Shown in pieces: positions 40,678-51,018 of a stretch of 64,000 bases of DNA; positions within the stretch are counted from its first letter, which is position 1; every line of letters starts with the position of its first letter. Source of the stretch: an uncultured bacterium (GTDB lineage: Bacteria; Verrucomicrobiota; Verrucomicrobiia; Limisphaerales; UBA8199); contig CAVVMW010000010.1 of assembly GCA_963749495.1 (NCBI GenBank), forward strand, positions 224,001 to 288,000, in the 5' to 3' direction. Position numbers and translations under genes: made by a program. The notes below the pieces were generated by a model, which was given only the letters and a program-made list of their open reading frames with translations, ran no database searches and was not told where the DNA came from.

Positions 40678-43482
40678 TCATTGGCCTTTCTCTTTTTCGC
40701 CGGCGCTCAGCCTGAAGCTGGCGGGCGCGAACGCACCGAGGCGGACAGTGAACGCCCCGGCGTGGACAGGGGTTGATTGCCCGGCAGGCTGGCCGCGCAG
40801 ATCCACCGGTTGAGCGTTGGCGGCGTTCAGGCCCTTGGGCAGCCGGACTTGGCATTTGCCGGAGCTGCCGCCATACTCCCAGAGCCGAAGCAGGGTGCCC
40901 TCGCCATCCGGGTCCGGGCAAAAAGCGGTGACGGCGACCCCCGGGCGAGAAAGGGCCAAGCCGCGTTGGGCCGGCGGCAAGCGACCCGGGGCGCCATCGG
41001 CCAGGGCGGCCAACAGAGGCTGGCGGGCTTCGAGCGAGGGGGCCGCCAAGCCGGTGGTGTTATCGAATCGGCTGAAACTCCACAGACGCACGCGTGAGGT
41101 CCAGGTGCCTGAGTTCCAAAGCCGGAAATTGGTGCTCCACTGGTTGTTGAAGAGATTGATGAAGACGCTGGGTTTGCGCGGCAGGAAATCCGGGGAGTAC
41201 TTGAAGCAGCCGGGCCGCTCCAGGCTCACAATCGGGCTGTCGAGCGGGCACAGGCCCACACCGCGGCCCTGCGCGTCGAACAGCGCCACGCCGGTATGGA
41301 TGGCCCCCAGGTCGTGGTTCGCCCCCGGCACGAAATCCCGCGTGGGGTCCTCGATCGCACCGAGCCGGCCGAGGCGGAATTGCGGCGCGTCCACTTTGAA
41401 CGGCAGGCAAATCCAGCCTGCCTCCGGCCACGAATCCGCCGGCTTGTCGTGCACCGTGATTTCGAGGTCGGCGCAGGCCAGGTCCGCGTAGAGCGTGAGC
41501 CGAGTGGTGACAGCGAAGGGCAGGGCAGTGCTTGGTGGGAAGCGCATGACGGCGGCCACCGCGCCGGGCGATCGCTCGAAGCTCAGCGTGCCTTCCGTCG
41601 GCGATGCCGCGCGATAGGGAACTTCGCTGGAGGGCGGCAGACTGGGCTTGCCCAGTTCCGTCACCGCCCAGTCCGCGCCAATCTTCACGTAGGCCTTCAC
41701 ATAAGCGGCGACCGTATCGGCATCAAACCGCTCGTAAAGCAGTTGGCCGAACCCATGCGCGGCGGCGGAGTCCACCAGTTCGCGCCCGGAGCGATTGTCC
41801 ACCAGGGACACAATTGCGCCTCGGGCCGAATCGAGCACCGCTTTGAAGCTGGGGCTTTCGAGCGAGCGCGCAGCCTCGTCCGCCCGTACGGCCGAGGGAC
41901 GAGCCGAAGCCGGGACAAACTGGTAAGTGCGATAGCCCGACGGGGGCAGGCCGCGCGCGACGAAGCAGAGGGCGCCGTCTTGGGTCCAGGCCGGGGCGGT
42001 TTCCCGCCCGCCAACCGGCTTGACGCCGGCACGGGGCGCAACTCCGCGCAGCCTCACCAGCCCATCGCGCTTCCAGGGCAACGGGTTGAAGACCACGACG
42101 CGCTCGCCCGGGACCTTGACCGAGCGCGCCAGCAGGCTCAATTCCTGGTCCAGAACCGGCTGGGCCAGGTCGCGCGCCTTCTCGATGTAAGCCGAGTGTT
42201 CCGCCCAGGAGGCCTCGATTTTGTTGAAGCGGCCGGCGGCCCGTTGTTCTTTCCAGGCCTGGCCGTACCAATACCCCGAATGCTGCGAGTATTGCTCGAC
42301 GATCCAATAAAGCGCGCCGCCCCAGGTATGCTCGCTGTAGAGCAGGCTCTGCTCGCGAGCGGCCGCCAGGACCGGCGCCGGCGAGCCAGGCAGCCCGATC
42401 CCCCACGCAGCCAACTGTGTGTCCAGCCCTTCCGCCACGCCCAGGAGCGGCCGGAGATTGCGGGCGAGCCGCGCGCCGGCCGGGTCGCACATCGGCCCGT
42501 GAATCCACGTGTCCGGCATGTCGCCGCGCACGACCGGAATGGGCGCTGTCTCGGCCAGGATGGCGTCCGCGAAATCGGAGAGGCGGCCGATGCGAACTTT
42601 CACTCCGGGCAACATCTGCTTTCCCTCGGCGAGGACCTTTGCCACTTCTTCGGGGCGGGGCGGGCCGTGGTTGTCACCGGTGTGGATGAGCGCCAGCCAG
42701 GTCTGGTAAGGCCAGTCTGCCGGCGGCGCCAAACCCGTGCCGTAGCCCGTGGCCGAGTACATGGTCAGCAAACGGGAGCCATCGGGCCCTTCCCACCAGA
42801 AGAGCGTTGGCACCTGCGGGGAGCTGCTGGCGGCGTTGCAGCCCAGGTGGAGAAAATCCACGCCCGCGTGGCGCAGCAGCGTGGGCAGAATCCAGGAATG
42901 GCACGGCACGTCGGTCATCTTGGCATCGCGGGCCAACTCCAGCCCCAGGCCGCGCGCCAGCCGGGTGGAATAGCCCAACCCCCGCACGATGTCCTCCGGC
43001 TCGAGCAATTCCGTGTGCGTGCTGAAAGGGAGCGCGTGTACGACAAACCGGCCCTCCTTGAAGGCCTGCCGGATGCGCCGCTGCCGCTCGGGCAACCGGC
43101 CGGGCCAGTCCTCCAGCACCTTGGCCGCCGGCCAGCCCGGGATGGTCCAGACGAATCGTTGCTCGGGCGGCAGGAACCGGTTCTGGTCGACCACTTGGAG
43201 GGCGTCATCGATCATCGTGGTGCGGTAACGCTGCACGACATTCGATGCCATCTCGGTGTAGCCGATGTCAAAGTGCGTTTTGAAGGCAATGATGACCTGG
43301 CGGACGCCGGCGGCAGACGGCTCGGCGGCCAGCCCGGGCACCAGGGGCGAAAGCAGCAGCGTGGCCAGACAAGTGGCGGCACTGGCCAGTGAGAAGCGAG
43401 AAGGAAGAAAGGAGGATGCGGGGCGCCGGGTGCGGGGCATCCCGCCCCTGCCGCCGATCAGCCCGGGGATTGCGGTCTTCAT
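40678..43482 (-). CDS. GH38-like glycoside hydrolase
   Basis: FKTHFDIGYT, TDVPCHSW, LFWWEGPDGSRLL, GDN, YSEHTWG, VFNPLPWKR and NNQWSTNF. Confidence 0.8.
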   Translation of the reverse strand: MKTAIPGLIGGRGGMPRTRRPASSFLPSRFSLASAATCLATLLLSPLVPGLAAEPSAAGVRQVIIAFKTHFDIGYTEMASNVVQRYRTTMIDDALQVVDQNRFLPPEQRFVWTIPGWPAAKVLEDWPGRLPERQRRIRQAFKEGRFVVHALPFSTHTELLEPEDIVRGLGYSTRLARGLGLELARDAKMTDVPCHSWILPTLLRHAGVDFLHLGCNAASSSPQVPTLFWWEGPDGSRLLTMYSATGYGTGLAPPADWPYQTWLALIHTGDNHGPPRPEEVAKVLAEGKQMLPGVKVRIGRLSDFADAILAETAPIPVVRGDMPDTWIHGPMCDPAGARLARNLRPLLGVAEGLDTQLAAWGIGLPGSPAPVLAAAREQSLLYSEHTWGGALYWIVEQYSQHSGYWYGQAWKEQRAAGRFNKIEASWAEHSAYIEKARDLAQPVLDQELSLLARSVKVPGERVVVFNPLPWKRDGLVRLRGVAPRAGVKPVGGRETAPAWTQDGALCFVARGLPPSGYRTYQFVPASARPSAVRADEAARSLESPSFKAVLDSARGAIVSLVDNRSGRELVDSAAAHGFGQLLYERFDADTVAAYVKAYVKIGADWAVTELGKPSLPPSSEVPYRAASPTEGTLSFERSPGAVAAVMRFPPSTALPFAVTTRLTLYADLACADLEITVHDKPADSWPEAGWICLPFKVDAPQFRLGRLGAIEDPTRDFVPGANHDLGAIHTGVALFDAQGRGVGLCPLDSPIVSLERPGCFKYSPDFLPRKPSVFINLFNNQWSTNFRLWNSGTWTSRVRLWSFSRFDNTTGLAAPSLEARQPLLAALADGAPGRLPPAQRGLALSRPGVAVTAFCPDPDGEGTLLRLWEYGGSSGKCQVRLPKGLNAANAQPVDLRGQPAGQSTPVHAGAFTVRLGAFAPASFRLSAGEKEKGQ

Positions 43483-43494
43483 GGTCCGAGAAAA

Positions 43495-44418
43495 TCAGTT
43501 GCGCAAAGAGAAATCAATCAAACTCGTCTGTTCAAGGACTTCAGCCAGCGCCGGAGCCGAGGGACGGCCGCCCGGGCGCTGGACGGAGAGCCCGGCGGCC
43601 ACGGTGGCCAGGCGCAAGGCGGCGTGGAGGTCCATGGCCTGCGCCAGGGCGAAGGCGAAGGCGCCGTGGAAGATGTCGCCGGCGGCGGTCGTATCCACCG
43701 CCTGGACCGGCAGGGCGGGCAGGCGGCCCTCCTGGCGGCCGTCCGAAAAGAGGAGGCCCTTCTCGCCCAAGGTCACGACGGCCACCCGGCCGTTGCGGGC
43801 CTGCACGAGGCGAAGGCAGGATTGCCAATGCCCGTCGACGTCCTCGTGGCCCGCGACTTGCGCGGCGAACCGTTCCGAGCAGACCAGGTATTGCACGCGC
43901 CGCGAGAGCACCTCGGTGCCCTCGCGCAGCGTGCCCGCGTCCAGCACCGTGATGGCCGAGGGGAATGCCTGGAGGGCCGCCAGCGAGGCGCCCGGCTCGT
44001 GCCCGTCGAAGAGCAGCAGGCGCGGCTGCAGTCCGGCCAGCTTGTGGCGCGGCAAGTCGAGGGCCGCCGCCGGCGCGCGGCGGTTGATGATGGTGCGCGA
44101 GCCGCTGCTTCGGTTGGCGATGATGAAGGAGACCGGCGTCAGAAAACCCGGGCGTGTCTCCATGAGCGAGCATTCGACGCCGCCTTGCCGGAGTTCGGCC
44201 AGGACACGCCGGCCGTATTCATCGTCGCCCACCACGGCGGCCAGGGCGGTCGGCACGCCCCAACGCGCCAGCAGCCACGCCGCATTGGCGGCCGGGCCGC
44301 CTCCGGACTCGACGAGCCGATCTGTCTGCACCTTCGAGTTCTCCGCAGGGTAGGCCGCCACGCTCATGCACAGGTCATGAGCAGCGTGCCCAATGCACAA
44401 GACCTCGATGGGGATCAT
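43495..44418 (-). CDS. PfkB family carbohydrate kinase
   Basis: GGGPAANAA, VGDDEYG and VDTTAAGDIFHG. ATGA overlap with accD. Confidence 0.9.
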   Translation of the reverse strand: MIPIEVLCIGHAAHDLCMSVAAYPAENSKVQTDRLVESGGGPAANAAWLLARWGVPTALAAVVGDDEYGRRVLAELRQGGVECSLMETRPGFLTPVSFIIANRSSGSRTIINRRAPAAALDLPRHKLAGLQPRLLLFDGHEPGASLAALQAFPSAITVLDAGTLREGTEVLSRRVQYLVCSERFAAQVAGHEDVDGHWQSCLRLVQARNGRVAVVTLGEKGLLFSDGRQEGRLPALPVQAVDTTAAGDIFHGAFAFALAQAMDLHAALRLATVAAGLSVQRPGGRPSAPALAEVLEQTSLIDFSLRN

Positions 44419-45338
44419 CCCATGAGGTAATTGAGGTATTCGATGAACCGCGCCTTCATTTCCTTGCGGGGGACGATGGCATCGATCAGGCCGTGGTCGA
44501 GCAGGAACTCGGCGGTCTGGAATCCCGGGGGCAGCTCCGCCTGCGTGGTGTCCTTGATCACGCGGGGTCCGGCGAAACCGACCATGGCTCCCGGCTCGGC
44601 AATAATGAGGTCGCCCACGCTGGCGTAACTGGCCATGACGCCGGCGGTGGTCGGGTCGGTGAGGGCGCTGATGTAGGGCAGGCGCGCCTTGGCGTGGTAG
44701 GCGAGGGCGGCGCAGGTCTTGGCCATTTGCATGAGGCTGAACATGCCCTCGTACATCCGGGCGCCGCCGCTGGTCGAGATGATGACCAGGGGCAATTCCT
44801 TTTCCGTGGCCCGCTCGATGAGCCGGGTGAGCTTCTCGCCCACGACCGACCCCATCGAGCCGCCCAGGAACTTGAAATCCATCACCCCAAGGGCCACCCG
44901 GTGCTCGCCGATCTTGCAGAGGCCTGTCAGCACCGCGTCCTTGAGCCCGGTCTCCCGCTGGTATTTCTCCAGCTTCGAGACATAGGAGGCCGCGCCGGTG
45001 AAGGAGAGGACGTCGACGCTGCTCATCTCCGCGTCCATCTCCTCGAAGGTGCAGGTTTCGACCAGGGAATGGATGCGCTCGCGCGCGCCGATCGGGGAAT
45101 GGTGCTGGCAATGAGGGCAGACCTTGAGATTCTCGTCCAACTCCTTGTCGAAGACCATCGTGCTGCACTTGGGGCATTTGCTCCACAGGCCCTCGGGGAT
45201 CTCGCGCTTTCGCGGTTTGTCCGGGGCCAGCTTGGGCTTCTTGGCGAAGGTGGTGTTGCCGCTGGGCGGCGGCGGGGTCACGGCGGGCTCGACCGTTTCC
45301 AGGCCAAGGGTCTTCTTGGTGAAGGTAGTGGTAGCCAT
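44415..45338 (-). CDS. accD: Acetyl-CoA carboxylase carboxyltransferase beta subunit
   Basis: GLWSKCPKC, VCPHC, FLGGSMGSVVGEK, SGGARMYEG, DPTTAGV and FQTAEFLLDHG. Confidence 0.97.
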   Translation of the reverse strand: MATTTFTKKTLGLETVEPAVTPPPPSGNTTFAKKPKLAPDKPRKREIPEGLWSKCPKCSTMVFDKELDENLKVCPHCQHHSPIGARERIHSLVETCTFEEMDAEMSSVDVLSFTGAASYVSKLEKYQRETGLKDAVLTGLCKIGEHRVALGVMDFKFLGGSMGSVVGEKLTRLIERATEKELPLVIISTSGGARMYEGMFSLMQMAKTCAALAYHAKARLPYISALTDPTTAGVMASYASVGDLIIAEPGAMVGFAGPRVIKDTTQAELPPGFQTAEFLLDHGLIDAIVPRKEMKARFIEYLNYLMG

Positions 45339-45417
45339 GCTCAAGGGTGTTGAGGATTTTGGTGCGCCGTTGGGCGATTGTGCCATAGTCGTCATTGCAG
45401 GCGCCGGACCATAATAT

Positions 45418-46146
45418 TCAGATTCCGCGAGCGACTGTCCAGACGCAAACGTCGGCCGCCCCGGCGGCCCGGAGGACCTGGGCGCAGGCCCCGGTGGTGG
45501 CGCCGGTGGTCATGACATCGTCCACCAGGACGAGGCGCTCGCCGTGCAGGCGCGCCCCGCCGCGCATGGCAAAGGCCCCGGGCATGTTGGCCAGGCGCTC
45601 CGGGCGGCTCAGTCTTGTCTGCGTCTGCGTCGGGACCACCCGCCGGAGCAACCGTCGGTTGACGGGGATGCCGGTGGCGCGGGCGAGCCGGTTGGCCAGC
45701 CGCTCCGCCTGGTTGAATTGCCGGTGCCGCTCTTTGGCGGGGTGCAGTGGCACCGGCACCAGCCAATGCCATGGGCCTGCCGCCAAGGCCGGCGCCGCCC
45801 GGCTGACAAGCAGTTGGGCCAGAAAGGGCTCGAACCATAGCGCCCGCCCGTACTTGTAGCGGTGGATGACCTCCAGCACGCCGGCTTTGGCCACCACCGC
45901 CGAGCGGGCCATCCCAAAGGCCCAACCGGATTCCCGGCAGGCCGCGCACTCGAACGGGCCGCTCACTTGACCCGGGTAAGGCCGGCCGCAACGCTCGCAA
46001 AACGGCGGCTCGATGAACCGCACCTTGGCCCTGCAGCCGGTACACACATAGCCCTGGGCCGGCGCGGCGCGCGCGGCGCCGCAGAGCTGGCAGACCTCCG
46101 GATAAACCAAGCCCAGCACGGCGTTCATCCAACTGTTCAAGTTCAA
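45418..46146 (-). CDS. comF: ComF family protein
   Basis: Double zinc ribbon, VPVPLH, FNQA and LVDDVMTTGAT. Confidence 0.92.
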   Translation of the reverse strand: MNLNSWMNAVLGLVYPEVCQLCGAARAAPAQGYVCTGCRAKVRFIEPPFCERCGRPYPGQVSGPFECAACRESGWAFGMARSAVVAKAGVLEVIHRYKYGRALWFEPFLAQLLVSRAAPALAAGPWHWLVPVPLHPAKERHRQFNQAERLANRLARATGIPVNRRLLRRVVPTQTQTRLSRPERLANMPGAFAMRGGARLHGERLVLVDDVMTTGATTGACAQVLRAAGAADVCVWTVARGI

Positions 46147-46226
46147 AAACCCACTCTACTGGAAAGGACCGCCCCAGGCAAAGAAAACCTTTGTCAATCA
46201 AGGCCGCCTCGTGCTAAATAGTCCCG

Positions 46227-47084
46227 GTGGTTGGCCCACAGACAGAAGCCCATTCCAGCCCGACGCCCCAGCCGGCGCCGTTCGGGCGCTTTTACCTCCA
46301 GGAATTGTTGAACAGCGGCGGCATGGCGGATATATGGCTGGTCACCGACGAAGCCCACAAGGCCTACGCCCTGCGCCGCATGCACGAGCGCCTCCGGTTC
46401 AACCTCTTCGCCCGCAAGCGTTTCCGGCGCGGCTGCGAGATCCTCGCCAAAGTCAACGACCACGAAGGCATCATCGGCTACGTCGAGCACGGCAAGATCA
46501 ACGGCCAGCTTTATTGCCTCATGGAGTACGTCGAGGCCGATAACCTTAAAGACCTCTATGCCCGCCAGGACCCGGTCCTGCTCGATAACGTCGCCCAAAT
46601 CCTCATCGATTCGGCCGTAGCCCTCGATCACATGCACACCAACGGCTTCATGCACCTGGATTTCAAGCCCGAAAACGTCCTCATCACCCGCAACGGCAGC
46701 GTCCGCCTCATCGATTTCGACCTCGCCCAGCAGATCCCGGAGAAACCCAGGAAGCTCTCCAAGAAGAACCCCGGCACCCCGGCCTACATGGCCCCGGAAC
46801 AACTGCTCGGCCAGCCCATCACCCACCACGTGGACATCTTCGCTTACGGCGTGGCCGCTTATGAACTGCTGACCAACGCCAAGCCCTTTCCAGGAGACAC
46901 GCCCGCCGAAATCCTCCAACGCCAACTCGACCGCTCCGAGTTCCTGCTGCCGCGGGAGCTCAATCCCGACATCCCCCCCAGCCTCGAGAAGATCATCCTC
47001 CGCTGTCTGGAAGTCCAGCCCGCCCAGCGGCACCCGGTCATGGGCGTCATGGTGCGCGAGCTCAAGGCGGCGTTGTACGTCTGA
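46227..47084 (+). CDS. Ser/Thr protein kinase
   Basis: SGGMADIW, HLDFKPEN, DFD and GTPAYMAPEQ. Confidence 0.9.
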   Translation: MVGPQTEAHSSPTPQPAPFGRFYLQELLNSGGMADIWLVTDEAHKAYALRRMHERLRFNLFARKRFRRGCEILAKVNDHEGIIGYVEHGKINGQLYCLMEYVEADNLKDLYARQDPVLLDNVAQILIDSAVALDHMHTNGFMHLDFKPENVLITRNGSVRLIDFDLAQQIPEKPRKLSKKNPGTPAYMAPEQLLGQPITHHVDIFAYGVAAYELLTNAKPFPGDTPAEILQRQLDRSEFLLPRELNPDIPPSLEKIILRCLEVQPAQRHPVMGVMVRELKAALYV

Positions 47085-47108
47085 GATGGATCGGGTTACC
47101 TTGCCGGC

Positions 47109-47879
47109 ATGGCCAAGCCGAACTGGATCGAACTGCCGACCGGCCAACGGATTCTGATCCTGTATGAAGACCGGTCGGTGCTGGTGATTGACAAGCCGCC
47201 CGGGTGGATGTTGGCGCCCTCTTCGTGGCACAAGCGCAGCGGCAATCTCCAGCGGGCGCTGGAGGCCTCCATTAAGGCGGGCGATTTCTGGGCGCGGTTG
47301 CGGAATCTGGACTATTTGCGCTTTGCGCATCGCCTGGATGCGGGCACGTCCGGCATCCTGGTGCTGGCCAAGACCCCGGGCGCCTTGGGCGCCTTGGGCG
47401 CCCTCTTCCAGGGCCGCCAGGTGGCCAAACTCTACCTGGCCGTGGTCCGGGGAGTGCCGGCCCAAACCCAATGGAGCTGCGGCCTGAAACTGGCGCCGGA
47501 CCGGGCCAATCCCGGCAAGATGCGCGTCGCGCCGGAGCGGGGCAAGGAGGCCACGACACAGTTCCGTCTGCTCCAGGCCGGCCAGGGCACCGCTCTGCTG
47601 GAGGCCCGTCCGTTTACGGGCCGGACCCACCAAATCCGCGTCCACCTGGCCGCCTGCGGTCACCCCGTGGTGGGTGACGGACTCTACGGGCCGGTGCCGG
47701 ACCGGCCAGCCCAGCTCCAGCTCGGCCTGCGGGCGGCGGGTCTGGCCTACACTGACCCCTTCACGCATCGCCCTGTCCGCATCCGGGCGCCGGTTGAGGA
47801 GTTCGCCCGCCAATACGGCTTCCAGCCGCCTGATGCCGCCGCCCTCATTTTGGAGCCTGCAACCTCTGCCAACCGTTGA
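47109..47879 (+). CDS. RluA family pseudouridine synthase
   Basis: DKPPG, HRLDAGTSG, TGRTHQIRVH and VGDGLYG. Confidence 0.93.
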   Translation: MAKPNWIELPTGQRILILYEDRSVLVIDKPPGWMLAPSSWHKRSGNLQRALEASIKAGDFWARLRNLDYLRFAHRLDAGTSGILVLAKTPGALGALGALFQGRQVAKLYLAVVRGVPAQTQWSCGLKLAPDRANPGKMRVAPERGKEATTQFRLLQAGQGTALLEARPFTGRTHQIRVHLAACGHPVVGDGLYGPVPDRPAQLQLGLRAAGLAYTDPFTHRPVRIRAPVEEFARQYGFQPPDAAALILEPATSANR

Positions 47880-47882
47880 ATT

Positions 47883-48389
47883 ATGCTGAACGAGACCGAC
47901 ACTGCCCGGCCCGTGGCTGAGACGGCTTGGTTGGTGTTCAAGCCCTCGCCGATTCATGGCACCGGCGGCTTTGCCAGGCTACCCATCCCCAGAGGCACCC
48001 GCGTCATCGAGTACGTGGGCCAACCGATCGACAAATACGAATCGCTGCGCCGGTGCCAGGCCGATAACCAATACATCTTTTGCCTCAACCAGGAGACCGA
48101 CCTCAATGGCAACGTGGACTGGAACCCGGCGCGCTTTATCAACCATAGCTGCGCCCCCAACTGCGACGCCGAGGTCCACGACAACCGCATCTGGCTGGTC
48201 GCTCAGCGCGACATCCAGGCCGGCCAAGAGGTCACCTTCAATTACGGGTTCGACCTGGAGGACTACAAAGACTATCCCTGCCGCTGCGGCGCCCCCAATT
48301 GTGCCGGCTTCATCGTCGCCCAGGAATATTTCGCCCACGTGCGGCGGCGGGGTCTGGGCGGCGAGCAGCGTTACAGAAATATGATTTGA
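47883..48389 (+). CDS. SET domain protein-lysine methyltransferase
   Basis: SPIHGTG, ARFINHSCAPNC, EVTFNY and post-SET CRCGAPNC. Confidence 0.93.
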   Translation: MLNETDTARPVAETAWLVFKPSPIHGTGGFARLPIPRGTRVIEYVGQPIDKYESLRRCQADNQYIFCLNQETDLNGNVDWNPARFINHSCAPNCDAEVHDNRIWLVAQRDIQAGQEVTFNYGFDLEDYKDYPCRCGAPNCAGFIVAQEYFAHVRRRGLGGEQRYRNMI

Positions 48390-48403
48390 CTAAAGTCCCA
48401 AAC

Positions 48404-48721
48404 TCATCCGCTACGGCGGCGGGCGGCGAGCCTTCGCTGGAGCGGGGAAGGCGCGCTGGCGTCGCGCAACGCGCGGATGCGCTCCTCCTGGCGCTCGATC
48501 TCGGCGTCCATTTCGGCCTGGTGATCGTAGTACCAGGCCAGCGCGGCATACGCCTGCGCAAGTGAGACTTGGGGATGGTTCTCTTGGATCGTCTCAGCAT
48601 TCCACCCGTACGCCAAGTGGTCCAGGACTATCTCGACAACTTTGACATTGGTCTCGTCCACCCACGGGCGGCCCTCTTGGTCAAGAAGGATGTGGGGCAC
48701 GGTACTCGCGGTCTTCATCAC
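48404..48721 (-). CDS. DUF433 domain protein
   Basis: GRPWVDETNVKV...ETIQENHPQVSLAQAYAALAWYYDH. Confidence 0.85.
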   Translation of the reverse strand: MMKTASTVPHILLDQEGRPWVDETNVKVVEIVLDHLAYGWNAETIQENHPQVSLAQAYAALAWYYDHQAEMDAEIERQEERIRALRDASAPSPLQRRLAARRRSG

Positions 48722-48888
48722 GGCCCAAGCTTACCCGATTCCGATGCAGAATCAACCTCGCAAGGGTGGCGGGTGTTGGCGACTTCGAAGCGTGGCTGAA
48801 TTCTTCGTTCCCTTCGTTTCCTTCTGTTCCCTTCGTTCCCTTCGTTTCCTTCTGTGAGGCCTCTTGGCTTCTGTGAGGCTTTTGTTCC

Positions 48889-51018
48889 TCACCGCGCGGC
48901 GCGGTCCAGGGCGGCCACGACGGTGCCGGGGGTCAGGGCCTCGGGCAGGACTTGCGGGGGCGCGTTGGTCTCTTTGGGATAGACCAGGACGAGCGGCACC
49001 CCCGCCCGGCCATAGCGGTTCAACTCCTCCGTGATGTTGTCGGGGAAGCGGGTGTAGTCGCCCAGGAATGCGACCGCCTGGGTGGCCTGCAGTTTGGCGC
49101 GCACGGAAGAGACTTCGAGCGCGAATTTTTTGTTCGCCTGGCAGGTCAGGCACCAATCTGCTGTGAAATCCACCAGGACGGGCCGTCCGGCGGCGCGGGC
49201 CAGGACGACCGCCCCCGGGCTCCAACGCTGCCAGTCGATGCCGTTCGGGCTCTCCTTGAGGCTGCCCTGCGCGAGGGCCTCTTCCACGGGCGTGCGCCAG
49301 CGCAGTTGGCCCTCGATGACATAGAAGTATCCGCCTGCCAGGAGCAGCAAAGCCACCGCCAGGCCGAGTCCGCGCCGGGCGCCGCCGCGCTGGACGAATT
49401 GGCCATAGACCCACGCGGCCAAGGCCAGGATGACCAGGAACATCGCCAGCCACCAGGACCGCGCCCCATAATGAATCGGTATCAGGCTGAACAGCCAAAC
49501 CGCCGTGGCCAGCATGGGAAATCCCATGGCGACCTTGAACCGCTCCATCCACGGGCCGGGCTTGGGAAGGAATTTCAGCCAGCCGGGCTGCCAACTCAGG
49601 ACCACGTACGGCGCCGCCAATCCCACCCCAACCGTGAGGAACATCAAGACGATAATGGCCGGCGGCTGAGTAAAGGCGAAACCGAGCGCCGCCCCCAGAA
49701 ACGGGGCCGTGCAAGGCGTGGCCAACACGGTGGCCAACACCCCGTTGAAAAACGCCCCCGCGGGCCCGTGCCTAGTAGCTAGACCCCCTGCCGCTCCGAT
49801 CACCCGTCCGCTCAGGCTCACCTCGAACAGCCCGAACAAGTTCAGCGCAATCAGCGTCACCAGGGTGGTCAGCCCCACCAGGAACTGCGGGCTGCCGAAT
49901 TGCATGCCCCAGCCAGCCCGATGCCCGGCCGCCTTGACCCCGATGACCAGACTCGCCAGGAGCAGGAACGAGGTCAGCACGCCCAGCGCATAGATCAGCC
50001 CCAGCGCCCGCAACCGGCGCGGCTCGGCCTTGGCCTGGCCGACGAACCCCAGAATCTTCAGGGCGATCACCGGCAGGACGCACGGCATCACGTTCAGGAT
50101 CAGGCCCCCGATCAACGCATAGAGAAGCATCTTCCAAAGCGAGGGCGCGCCCAGCGCCGACGCGGCTCCAGCCGGGACACGCGCCCCCTCCACCGGCAGG
50201 GTCCCCTCGAAAGCCAGCCGCTCCGAACCGGCTTTCTGGACCAGCGCGCCCGCCACTTGCCTGGGCCAATCGCCCGACAGCTTCTTGACCTGCTTGCGCA
50301 GCCGGACCTTGCCGGCATCAGCCGGCAACCTCTCTGTGGCAGGCTGCACCTCGAACTGCTCGCTGCTGTCCGGGTAAAAATCCGCTTCGGTGACTGCCGC
50401 TGGCGAGTTCCATTCAATTATCAATGGCCGCAAGTCGCCGCTCATCGGGCCTTCCCACCAGACCCGGGCTGCCACGGCGGCTGCGGGCCTGGGCAGCTTC
50501 TTGACCCAGCCGTCCAGCAGGGCGGCGTCCTTGGACGGCCTGGTTGCCCCGCCGATGCTCAACGCGGCCAGGACCTCGGCACTGCCCGGGATGCAGGCGG
50601 TCTCGCATTCGAGCCAGGAGACCTTGCCCTTGAGGTCGAGCTGCCCCGGGGGCAGGTTGGCGGCCAGATTGAGCGGGACCAGCAGGACCACCTCGCCCCG
50701 GTAAATGTACGTCGTGAGGTCTTCATCGGCGAGTTTCTCGGGGGCGGGCCATTGCGCGGGACCGGGCGTAACTCCCTGGGGCAGTTGCCACTGGATGGCC
50801 GTGGCAATGCCCGACGCGCCGGGATTCCGCCAATAGGTGTGCCAGCCCGAGTCCATGTGGAGGACAATGCCCGCCTGGACGGTGTCTCCGGGCCGTGCCG
50901 CATCCGCCCCCAGCACCAGGCGCGCCTGCGTATGGGCAGCCTGGACCTGCCATGCGGCCAGGCAGACTGCGACTCCCAAAAGGTTCCTAAAGAGTCTCAC
51001 GCTAACAACATGTACCAT
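48889..51018 (-). CDS. DsbD-family thiol:disulfide interchange protein with thioredoxin domain
   Basis: GWHTYWRNPG, LNVMPCVLPV, ATPCTAPF and DFTADWCLTC. Confidence 0.93.
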   Translation of the reverse strand: MVHVVSVRLFRNLLGVAVCLAAWQVQAAHTQARLVLGADAARPGDTVQAGIVLHMDSGWHTYWRNPGASGIATAIQWQLPQGVTPGPAQWPAPEKLADEDLTTYIYRGEVVLLVPLNLAANLPPGQLDLKGKVSWLECETACIPGSAEVLAALSIGGATRPSKDAALLDGWVKKLPRPAAAVAARVWWEGPMSGDLRPLIIEWNSPAAVTEADFYPDSSEQFEVQPATERLPADAGKVRLRKQVKKLSGDWPRQVAGALVQKAGSERLAFEGTLPVEGARVPAGAASALGAPSLWKMLLYALIGGLILNVMPCVLPVIALKILGFVGQAKAEPRRLRALGLIYALGVLTSFLLLASLVIGVKAAGHRAGWGMQFGSPQFLVGLTTLVTLIALNLFGLFEVSLSGRVIGAAGGLATRHGPAGAFFNGVLATVLATPCTAPFLGAALGFAFTQPPAIIVLMFLTVGVGLAAPYVVLSWQPGWLKFLPKPGPWMERFKVAMGFPMLATAVWLFSLIPIHYGARSWWLAMFLVILALAAWVYGQFVQRGGARRGLGLAVALLLLAGGYFYVIEGQLRWRTPVEEALAQGSLKESPNGIDWQRWSPGAVVLARAAGRPVLVDFTADWCLTCQANKKFALEVSSVRAKLQATQAVAFLGDYTRFPDNITEELNRYGRAGVPLVLVYPKETNAPPQVLPEALTPGTVVAALDRAAR

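Noticed and set aside
44419..45186. Long N-terminal extension of the PfkB ORF
   Set aside because: It is an alternative frame overlapping accD. The real start is ATG44418.
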